Assembly (NCBI GenBank): GCA_014727915.1
Contig: WJMO01000009.1
Coordinates: 103,943 to 167,942 of the forward strand
Direction: 5' to 3'
DNA from: Candidatus Altiarchaeales archaeon
GTDB taxonomy: Archaea > Altiarchaeota > Altiarchaeia > IMC4 > SCGC-AAA252-I15
Length of the DNA stretch: 64,000 nt
In this document: piece after piece, positions 56,061 to 64,000 of the stretch
Numbering within the stretch: the first letter of the stretch is position 1
Layout of the letters: each line of letters starts with the position of its first letter
Translations under genes and position numbers: made by a program
Notes under the pieces: generated by a model
What the model was told of the DNA's origin: nothing
The model's database searches: none
Seen by the model: only the letters and a program-made list of their open reading frames with translations

Positions 56061-57860
56061 ATGCTACCTCGTTTCCTGGTCGTTAGCAAATACGAGCTGA
56101 AACAGTACCGTGGTAGCGCCGTCGACGAGGCAGTTATATTGCTCGTGATACTCGCAGGCTTCCTGATGCTCATAACCCCCGAGGTCGGCGAGAGCAGCCT
56201 GCCCAGCAGCCATAACATATACCGGGTCGGGTACGTTGAAGGCAGCGTCTTCGAAGGCATAGAAGCCTACACCCTCGAGTTCATACCCTACAACAGCAAG
56301 TACGAGATGATATCCGCGTCCAGCCTCGATGAGATAGACGCTTTCGCGGTATACAGCAAAGGCAGGATAGTCGTCTTCGGGTCGGGGACCCTGAAGTCGG
56401 ATGCTGCATTGAGCCACCTTAACACGGTGATGACAGAGTTCAACACCGGCCTGGTATACGACTACGTCGAAGGCAACCCCTCCCTTTCGGGGGTGCTGCT
56501 GCCACTGCGATTGGAGATCCGCGAGGAGGAGATAGACTACTCAAGCGCCATAAACGGCAGCATAGAACTGAAGAGGCGGGAGGTGCTGAAGGACATACGT
56601 ATGGAAGACGAACCCCCCAAAAAAGACTATACAACGGCCAATCCACAGGCTGAAGGGCGGACCTCTCCGTCAGAATCCGCTGCTCCAGCAGAGGAAACCC
56701 CTACGAATTCAGGCAACCGCCAAGCCACCAGTTCAGACTCAGAACTCCTCCTCCCCGTTGACCTGACGGTCGAATTCCCCTTTAAAACCCTCTACAAGAA
56801 CATGACTCTCCTCTCGCCGCTGATACTCATGTCAATACTCCTGGCGTTGAGCCTCTCAAAGGAGCGGGTGGACCGGAACATAGAGAACCTCTTCGACACC
56901 CCCCTCACTCGCGCTGAGATACTCCTGGGCAAAGCCTTCCCCTACATGTCCGTGATGGTCGCCCTCAGCCTGGCCTACGGCATGCAGGCCTCCCTGTCAT
57001 TCGACGCGTTGAAGGTCGCCATGGTCTTCTCAACGCTTTCCGTCACGATGCTGTCCTTCGGGATATTCTCCACCATCGTCTCACGCAGCTACAGGGAGCT
57101 GACCTTCATAGGCTCCTTCAGCCTGTTCGCTTTCTTCTTCTTCATAGTATTGCCCAATGTCTTCTCCGGCGTAAACGTGCTCGCCTTCATATCCCCTCTC
57201 GACACCGTGACCTCCATAGAGAACGGCGCCTCGATACCCCTGACCGATGTCATCCTGTCACTCCTGCCCTACGTCTTCCTCTCCATGTTCTTCCTTTCCT
57301 TCACGGGCGTCTGCTTCAACGCGGAGGTCGTGTTCTCCTCCCACAGCTTCAGACGCCTGTTGGAGGTCTTCTACAAGGACTTGACGGTCACGCTGAAGAA
57401 CAAGATAATATACGCTTTCGTGTCAGTAGCGCTCCTCGTCCCGTTCATATTCATAGTGGAGAGCATCTTCGCCTACCTCGTTCTCCCGCTCGGCCATCTT
57501 TCTCCCTTCGCTTCGCTTATAGTCCTCGCCATGTTGGAGGAGATAGTGAAGATCACCCCCTACCTATACCGCCGGATGAACCCGGCACTCTACGGTGTCG
57601 TCGCGGGCCTCAGCTTCTTCCTCATGGAGAAGCTCTTCAACCTATACCTCATAGTGAAGGTTTACACCTTCCTGGGGGGCCCGTACGTGTTCTTCTTCCA
57701 GAAGCTCATGCCAACCCTGCTGGTGCACATGCTCACGACCTCGGTTTTCGCGTTCGTCATCTACACGAGGCGCGGCAGGATATCATATGCTGTCGGGCTG
57801 ACGCTATCGATGGTGATACACTTCGCATACAATTACTTGCTCATATCGGGGGTACTATGA
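56061..57860 (+). CDS. ABC-2 permease fused to a PrsW-like intramembrane metalloprotease domain
   Basis: Permease region (KER...IENL..TPL...ILLGK); C-terminal LEEIVK, F..MEK, HMLT and HFAYN motifs. Confidence 0.82.
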   Translation: MLPRFLVVSKYELKQYRGSAVDEAVILLVILAGFLMLITPEVGESSLPSSHNIYRVGYVEGSVFEGIEAYTLEFIPYNSKYEMISASSLDEIDAFAVYSKGRIVVFGSGTLKSDAALSHLNTVMTEFNTGLVYDYVEGNPSLSGVLLPLRLEIREEEIDYSSAINGSIELKRREVLKDIRMEDEPPKKDYTTANPQAEGRTSPSESAAPAEETPTNSGNRQATSSDSELLLPVDLTVEFPFKTLYKNMTLLSPLILMSILLALSLSKERVDRNIENLFDTPLTRAEILLGKAFPYMSVMVALSLAYGMQASLSFDALKVAMVFSTLSVTMLSFGIFSTIVSRSYRELTFIGSFSLFAFFFFIVLPNVFSGVNVLAFISPLDTVTSIENGASIPLTDVILSLLPYVFLSMFFLSFTGVCFNAEVVFSSHSFRRLLEVFYKDLTVTLKNKIIYAFVSVALLVPFIFIVESIFAYLVLPLGHLSPFASLIVLAMLEEIVKITPYLYRRMNPALYGVVAGLSFFLMEKLFNLYLIVKVYTFLGGPYVFFFQKLMPTLLVHMLTTSVFAFVIYTRRGRISYAVGLTLSMVIHFAYNYLLISGVL

Positions 57861-58948
57861 GGAGCGGAGTCATAGCTCGGAAGGAGATAAGGTCGATGAT
57901 AAGGGAGCGTAGCTTCGCGCTGATAATACTCCTCGAACTCCTACTCGTGTCGTCTTCGGGGCTGCTTAGCGTCGGATACGTCATACTCACATCCCCCGAG
58001 TCGAGCACCATGCTGTCCAAGGCCAGCAGCCTCGTATACGTTGGTGTCGTAACCGACACGAGACTCCAGTTCGAGAGCGTCTTGGACGAGGGGAGGATAC
58101 ACCACACATTCTACAATGACTTCGCACTCGCAGAGAAGGACTTCAAAGAGGGTCTAATAGACGCCGTCTTCGTCGGGGACATCGGCACCTCCGAGGACCC
58201 CTCTGTCTTGAAGCTGTACATGCCCTCCAACAGCCCCAAGACACCCCTGATAAAGCTGTCGTTGAAGCGGGTTCTCGTTAGGTTGGAGGACAAGCTCCGG
58301 GACCATAAGGTCGGCCTCTACGCCCCCGGCCTGGAGTTCGCATCCTATGAGCTGATGAACTACAGGCCCCAGGCGAGGTATGTGGAGATATACTTCATAT
58401 TCACCATCCCACTGCTCCTCTTCCTGCCGTGCATAGTCTCAGGGAGCCTCGCGATCGACAGCCTCACGCAGGACTTCGAGTCCAAGAGGATGCTCAACCT
58501 GGTGTCCGCTCCCCTGTCAAGCGCGCACATAGTCTTCGGGAAGGCGTTCGGCGCCTTCTTCATCTCCATCGTCCAGTGCCTCCTATGGTTGGCTGTATTG
58601 TCCTTCACATTCGTCAGCCCCAAGAACCACCTGCCTCTGACATTGTTCTGCTCCGCCTACACGATAATATTCCTGAACATCGGAAGCCTGCTCGCCCTAT
58701 ACCTCAAGCGGATGAAGAGCAGCCAGATAATATACACGTTCGCGAGCATGACCGCGATAAGCCTGTTCAGCCCCTTCGCCAACATCCACCCCCTATTGTT
58801 GGAGTTCAGCCCCTCCTACCTGATAACACGGATGGCATTGGGCACCCCACCCATGGCGTTCGCCTGGCAGCTCTCCCTGGTGGCCTTGCTGGCTGTTGTC
58901 ACAACGTTGGCGGTGCTCGCCTCAAGCCACAAGGTAAACGAATTATGA
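57857..58948 (+). CDS. ABC-2 type permease
   Basis: IARKEIR, GSLAIDSLTQDFE...LVSAP....IVFGK. Confidence 0.85.
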   Translation: MRSGVIARKEIRSMIRERSFALIILLELLLVSSSGLLSVGYVILTSPESSTMLSKASSLVYVGVVTDTRLQFESVLDEGRIHHTFYNDFALAEKDFKEGLIDAVFVGDIGTSEDPSVLKLYMPSNSPKTPLIKLSLKRVLVRLEDKLRDHKVGLYAPGLEFASYELMNYRPQARYVEIYFIFTIPLLLFLPCIVSGSLAIDSLTQDFESKRMLNLVSAPLSSAHIVFGKAFGAFFISIVQCLLWLAVLSFTFVSPKNHLPLTLFCSAYTIIFLNIGSLLALYLKRMKSSQIIYTFASMTAISLFSPFANIHPLLLEFSPSYLITRMALGTPPMAFAWQLSLVALLAVVTTLAVLASSHKVNEL

Positions 58949-58976
58949 ATTTATTCCCTGGATTACAATTGGTGAT

Positions 58977-60128
58977 ATGGTGGAAGGCAGAAGCAGCAGA
59001 CTGAACCTCATCCTGCTCTTCCTTGGCATGTACCTGTTCATCTGGTCCTTGTCCGGGCTGAAGGAGTCCTGGGTTCTCGCATTCGCCGCAGACGGCAAGG
59101 AAGGCCTTGCAAGGTCCTATATCGATCGCATGACCGACAACCCACTCTCTGCTCTTTGTCTGGGGGTCCTAGCAACAGCCCTGGTGCAGAGCTCCAGCGG
59201 CGTGGTGGCAGTGACCATAGCTACGGTAGCCGCAGGCGGCATGACAGTCCAACAGTCGGTCCCGTTGATAATGGGCGCCAACATAGGCACCACAGTGACG
59301 TGTGTCATCGTCACGCTCGGCTACGCCATAAGAAAGAGGGAGTTCTCCAAGGCAGTGCCGGTCGCACTCCTAAACGACGTGGTCAAGACCCTGACGGTCG
59401 CATTCCTATTCCTGGTGGAGTTGTACACTAATGTGCTCAGCGACTCTGCGGTCTATGTGGCTGATATCCTTGGTGGCCTTCCCATATTAGACTTCTTCCT
59501 TGGTGGGTTCCCCGACCTGTTGGATGTGGTGATAGACCCTATTCTAAAACCTGTTCAGTCCGTCTTTGTTGCCTTTTTCAATGGTTCGATATATTCTGCG
59601 GTCTCCCTGGGTGTCATGTCTTTCGCGGTACTGATCTTGGGCCTTGAGATGATGGGCAATGCAGCCGAGAACGCCATTAGGGGCAGGGCGTCCCACTACG
59701 TCCACTTAGCCTTTAAAACCCCTAGAAGAGGCCTTTTTCTTGGGACTTCATTTGCGTCTTTGCTCCAGAGTTCGAGCGTAGCCACCTCCCTTGCGATACC
59801 CTTCACTGCAAGCGGGAAGATCTCGCTGAAGGAGGTGTACCCCTACCTGCTCGGCTGCAACATAGGCACGACGATCGATCCCGGGCAGATAGCATCGTAC
59901 GTCAAGTTCGGCGTCATGGGCTTGAATGTCGGCCTAGTCCATGTTTTCATCAACGTTTTCTCGGTCTGCCTCTGGTTCGGGGTCCCTGGCCTGGCGAACA
60001 TCCCCCTTAAGCTGACCAAGGCCCTCAGCGACGTCATACTGTCGTCGAAGAACAGCACTATCGCCCTATCGGCGTTCACGATATCGCTCTTTTATATAAT
60101 TCCCTTGCTGGTCATATATCTACTATAG
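58977..60128 (+). CDS. Na/Pi cotransporter family protein
   Basis: Two QSSS repeats with MGANIGTT and LGCNIGTT. Confidence 0.93.
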   Translation: MVEGRSSRLNLILLFLGMYLFIWSLSGLKESWVLAFAADGKEGLARSYIDRMTDNPLSALCLGVLATALVQSSSGVVAVTIATVAAGGMTVQQSVPLIMGANIGTTVTCVIVTLGYAIRKREFSKAVPVALLNDVVKTLTVAFLFLVELYTNVLSDSAVYVADILGGLPILDFFLGGFPDLLDVVIDPILKPVQSVFVAFFNGSIYSAVSLGVMSFAVLILGLEMMGNAAENAIRGRASHYVHLAFKTPRRGLFLGTSFASLLQSSSVATSLAIPFTASGKISLKEVYPYLLGCNIGTTIDPGQIASYVKFGVMGLNVGLVHVFINVFSVCLWFGVPGLANIPLKLTKALSDVILSSKNSTIALSAFTISLFYIIPLLVIYLL

Positions 60129-60782
60129 GTGATGCATTTGACCATGAATCTCTTGAACATACTCGGCAAGACGAAGATCCTCGCCCATTCCCTGGATGAC
60201 GTCAGGGAAATGTACGGTGAGTGCATTGTCATGTTCGACCTTGCATGGGATGCGCTGGAGAACGGCGACAGGTCCAAGGCAGAGACCGTTGTCGGCAAGG
60301 ATGAGGCGGTGGACAGGCTGGAGGTCAAGGTTCGGGAGGAGGTTCTGACCTACCTTGAGAGCATGCCTGCAGGCGGTAATGTGCCTCTCTCACTCATCCT
60401 GATCGATACTGCCAATCAGCTTGAGAGGCTTGCGGATCACGTCACATTCATAGCGGACTCTGCCATGAAATACCCTTGCCTGGACGGCGATCGTTTCTCC
60501 GAGATGCTTAGGGGGGAGAAGGAGATATCCCATTCCATGCTGAAGAATGTCTATACTGCTTTGGATGCATGTGACGAGTCCGCTGCCGAACGTGTTGTTG
60601 GCATGTATGATGTTCTCAAGGGCAAGTTCGAGGACATAATAAGGGCGGTCGACGAGAGTGACATGTCTCCTCACCGGGCTGTTGGTCTGGTCTTGGTTTC
60701 ACGCGACCTTCTGCGCATCGGCAAGAAGTCCAAGAGCATAATGGAGTTCTGCCTTAAGCCCTACCCTGAAGCAGGGGAGTGA
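60129..60782 (+). CDS. PhoU domain protein
   Basis: DEAVDRLE...LERLADH helical repeats; directly follows the Na/Pi transporter. Confidence 0.85.
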   Translation: MMHLTMNLLNILGKTKILAHSLDDVREMYGECIVMFDLAWDALENGDRSKAETVVGKDEAVDRLEVKVREEVLTYLESMPAGGNVPLSLILIDTANQLERLADHVTFIADSAMKYPCLDGDRFSEMLRGEKEISHSMLKNVYTALDACDESAAERVVGMYDVLKGKFEDIIRAVDESDMSPHRAVGLVLVSRDLLRIGKKSKSIMEFCLKPYPEAGE

Positions 60783-61154
60783 ATGGAGAAGACATAATAT
60801 AAACATAATATAATATACTATAAACATTGTTTATCTGTCCTCTTCGGCATATGTGTTTTTGTTTCAGTATCCTGTGTTTTTTTGTTGAAAGATTAGTATT
60901 TGTTAGTATATTTAATATATTGGACACTTATTATGCATAAATGAATAAAATGTATGCACCAACAATGCAAATGACAATAAATTAAACATTGTACACGTTT
61001 TTATATGTGTAATGCGCTATATCAACAACGTTTATCAAACGATATCCCCTTATTGGGGTGGTTGCAAATATGTTGGGCGTAGGTTGGTTATTACGGCTGA
61101 GAATACAAACCAAATTCTACAACACCATACAACATCAGGGGGCACTATAAAAAA

Positions 61155-64000
61155 ATGGCAATGTGCATGCACGAAAACGGATTAGGGTGTGCTAGCAGAA
61201 CATCCATAACCCGAAAGGGCGCCAAGAACTTCTGGCGGAAATTCAACTCAGTACTCCTCACATTAATCCTATTGACCACATTTCCGGTTAGCGTAAGCTC
61301 TCAAGCAACCCCAACATCCACTCCCACACCCCCTTCGTCCGACCCGCTCCCCGTCTGCAACGACGGAATCGACAACGACGGCGACGGACTTACTGACGCT
61401 CTCGTGCTCATGAACCCCGACAACGGAGCATCGAACTTCTGGGACCCGGCATATGCAGAAGGACTTCGGAGCATCGTCTACAACAAGCTCGCAGCTAATG
61501 GCATGAAATTCCGCGGACGGACAATACACATGACAAACCTCAAAACATCTGCGATGCTGCGTGCGCGGGGCCCCAACTGGGACTACCCAAACATACACAT
61601 GCCCACCGTAACCGCCATATGCAACATCCTAGGATATGAGACAGTTGACGTATCCAGCGTCCAGGGCAGGACCGGATGCTGGGCAGCCGGAGGTGACGGA
61701 TGCAACTGGCACTCACCCGAAGACAACTACATGTGGTACTGGAACGGCAACGACATGATATTATACGACAACCCCGGCGGAGCAGCCAAATACCGCGAGA
61801 GCTGGATTGCGCAGATACGCTGCGTGAACCGGTTGGCCGCATGCAACGACGGATTCGACAACGACGGCGACGGACTCTGGGACATGAACGACCCCGGCTG
61901 CTACGACGAATGGGACAAGAGCGAGCTCGACCACGACCCAGGATGTCTTGATGTGAACGACCCCGACGAGGACTTCCCCGAATGTATGGACACACTCGAC
62001 AACGAGCTGCCTGTTGGTGACGGCCTAGTGGACGCCGACGACCCCGGCTGCTGGACCGACCCGGACGACCCCAACACATACGACCCCGAACTGGACGATG
62101 AGGGCCTGGGAACCAGCCAGTGCCAGGACGGCATAGACAACTACGACGGAGACAGCCTAGTGGACGCGGCTGATCCGGGCTGCTGGACCGACCACTCGAA
62201 CCCCAACACCTACGATCCCACAATCAACGACGAGGAACTGGCAACCTCCGAGTGCCAGGACGGCATAGACAACACAGACCAGGACTTGCTGGCAGACGAC
62301 CTGGACCCGGGCTGCTGGACCGACCCCAACAACCCTGGAACCTACGACCCGACAAGATACGATGAGGGAGCTGCCACGACCCAGTGCCAGGACACCGTCG
62401 ACAACGAATTGCCTGTTGGTGACGGCCTAGTGGATGCGGCTGATCCGGGCTGCTGGACCGACCCCGACAACCCAGGCTCATATGATCCAACACTTCACGA
62501 TGAGAGCCTCTTCACCTCCGAGTGCCAGGACATCATAGACAACGACGACGATTTTGTCGCGGACGCGGCTGATCCGGGCTGCTGGACCGACCACTCGAAT
62601 CCCAACACCTACGATCCCACAATCAACGACGAGAGCCTTGCCACCACAGAATGCCAGGATGGGGATGACAATGACCAGGACAGGTACACGGACAACGGCG
62701 ACCCCGGATGCTGGCTGGACCCCACAGACCAGGGCACATACGATCAGACCTTGAACGACGAGAGCAACGCGGACATACCACCCGCATGCGAGGAACTATG
62801 GGGCTACTTCGACTCGGCTTACACGTCACAGTGCGGAGACGCAAGCTACAACATCATAGGCGACATGTGGCCTGAAGTCAACGACGGATTCGTCGACTTG
62901 GGAGACCTGTCCGCCTTCGCGGCAAACTTCGCCGACGAGGCATGGTGTCAGGAGCAGTTGGACGACACCCAGGACCCCTGCAAGTGCTATGATGTCATGG
63001 GAGGCGGCATATGCGAGGTCCCAGGCGACTGCGCATGCCTCAACGACGCGTTAGGCGACGAGGACAACTGCTACGAGGAAGTCCTGCTGGTAGGCGACAT
63101 CATAGACCAGGCCGGGACATGCGTCGACAACCCCGACGGGTTCAACGACAAAGTGCTGGACTGCCAGGGCCACACAATCGACGGCGACGGCTCAGGGTCC
63201 ACGGACAGGGGAATACTCGTGGAAGGCAAGTCCGGAGTGCAGATCCAGAACTGCGTTATCACCGACTTCACCGACGGTATCCTGGTATCCTCATCCCAGC
63301 AGGTAAGTGCCCTGTACAACACGGTGACTGACTGCTACAAGGGTATCAGATACTACAACTCCCCCAGCTGCGCGTTGGAGGGCAACACTGTCATGGGCTG
63401 CGGATACGGCATACACCTGCATGATGGCTCCTCGAATTGCGAGGTCATCGACAACACCGCAGAAGGCAACAGCAATGGAATAGTGGTCGTGACCTCCTCG
63501 GCCAATGTGCTGTCCGACAACACGGCAAACTCGAACTCAGACTATGGAATAAGGATATCGACCTCGTCCAACAACATGCTGTCCCAGAACACTGTGGAGG
63601 GCAACGGCCAGATTGGCTTATGGTTCCAGTTCACCTCCGACAGCAACATGCTGGACGCCAACAGGTTCTGCAGCAACGGGTTGGACATAAGCGACGGCAA
63701 CGCCAACAGCGGAAGCGAGAACACCTGCGATACAGTGCTCCAATACGATGACGTGGGAGTGACTGGCTGCACATACACATGCTCGCCCGTGACCTACTAC
63801 GAGGACGGCGACGGCGACGGCTATGGAAACCCTAACTCTCCAATAACAGGCACCAGCCAGCCACCAGGCTACGTGGAAGACGGCAGCGACTGCGATGACA
63901 GCAACCCTGACGTGCACCCAGGGGCCAGCGAGGTCTGTAACGGCATCGACGACAACTGCGACGGCCAGGTCGACGAGGGCTTCGACGCCGACGACTGCCA
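61155..64000 (+). CDS. Giant secreted surface protein (runs off the window): C.DG.DND.D...D..DPGC repeats, dockerin-like motif, NosD/PbH1 beta-helix, MopE-type repeats
   Basis: Open frame from ATG 61155 to the window end (MAMCMHENG...SVLLTLILLTTFPVSVSS; CQDGIDN..D.LVDAADPGCWTD repeats; GD...NDGFVDLGDLSAFAANF; LDCQGHTIDG; YYEDGDGDGYG; DCDDSNPDVHPGASEVCNGIDDNCDGQVDEG). Not in the ORF track because no stop is reached. Confidence 0.9.
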   Translation, partial: MAMCMHENGLGCASRTSITRKGAKNFWRKFNSVLLTLILLTTFPVSVSSQATPTSTPTPPSSDPLPVCNDGIDNDGDGLTDALVLMNPDNGASNFWDPAYAEGLRSIVYNKLAANGMKFRGRTIHMTNLKTSAMLRARGPNWDYPNIHMPTVTAICNILGYETVDVSSVQGRTGCWAAGGDGCNWHSPEDNYMWYWNGNDMILYDNPGGAAKYRESWIAQIRCVNRLAACNDGFDNDGDGLWDMNDPGCYDEWDKSELDHDPGCLDVNDPDEDFPECMDTLDNELPVGDGLVDADDPGCWTDPDDPNTYDPELDDEGLGTSQCQDGIDNYDGDSLVDAADPGCWTDHSNPNTYDPTINDEELATSECQDGIDNTDQDLLADDLDPGCWTDPNNPGTYDPTRYDEGAATTQCQDTVDNELPVGDGLVDAADPGCWTDPDNPGSYDPTLHDESLFTSECQDIIDNDDDFVADAADPGCWTDHSNPNTYDPTINDESLATTECQDGDDNDQDRYTDNGDPGCWLDPTDQGTYDQTLNDESNADIPPACEELWGYFDSAYTSQCGDASYNIIGDMWPEVNDGFVDLGDLSAFAANFADEAWCQEQLDDTQDPCKCYDVMGGGICEVPGDCACLNDALGDEDNCYEEVLLVGDIIDQAGTCVDNPDGFNDKVLDCQGHTIDGDGSGSTDRGILVEGKSGVQIQNCVITDFTDGILVSSSQQVSALYNTVTDCYKGIRYYNSPSCALEGNTVMGCGYGIHLHDGSSNCEVIDNTAEGNSNGIVVVTSSANVLSDNTANSNSDYGIRISTSSNNMLSQNTVEGNGQIGLWFQFTSDSNMLDANRFCSNGLDISDGNANSGSENTCDTVLQYDDVGVTGCTYTCSPVTYYEDGDGDGYGNPNSPITGTSQPPGYVEDGSDCDDSNPDVHPGASEVCNGIDDNCDGQVDEGFDADDC
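61998..62760 (+). repeat. Intragenic tandem repeats (six ~44-aa units, ABC-ABC pattern)
   Basis: 73 bp near-identical copy at 62162-62234/62561-62633 (1 mismatch); the ELPVGDG unit recurs about 400 bp apart. Confidence 0.85.

Noticed and set aside
61998-62760. DGR template/variable repeat pair
   Set aside because: Both copies lie in one ORF, differences are not adenine-specific, and there is no reverse transcriptase in the window.
1-64000. tRNA/rRNA genes, prophage genes or recoded stop codons
   Set aside because: No cloverleaf or rRNA-like tracts and no phage hallmark motifs were seen; conserved genes are full length under the standard code.

Overview
A 64 kb archaeal chromosome segment, most likely from a DPANN-type archaeon and probably Ca. 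Altiarchaeota (inference). The call rests on the archaeal ProRS, FtsZ2-type FtsZ, Nop5, Sec61-beta, TrmI and ApgM, on TATA-like boxes close to start codons, and on many Thr/Cys-rich lipoprotein-like surface proteins. Housekeeping genes alternate with single orphan genes. The window also holds a dispersed glycogen cluster (GT4, GH57, debranching enzyme, GT3 synthase), two ABC exporter loci and phosphate-handling genes. The ORF track misses Sec61-beta (12471-12638), an SRP RNA that appears to lack helix 6 (16341-16617, minus), a double-guide box C/D sRNA whose guides map to the 23S peptidyl-transferase centre (28102-28164, minus), candidate small ORFs with strong SD sites, and a giant surface protein running off the right end (from 61155). 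The best novel-system candidate is an AT-rich, cassette-like unit at 4079-4953. Its gene is bracketed by a 19/20 bp inverted repeat, followed by a multi-hairpin site and delimited by recurring CTTGTTA motifs, a geometry resembling but not matching integron cassettes; no recombinase is present in the window. No CRISPR array, tRNA, rRNA, transposase or reverse transcriptase was seen. All family calls are by motif recognition, not database search.
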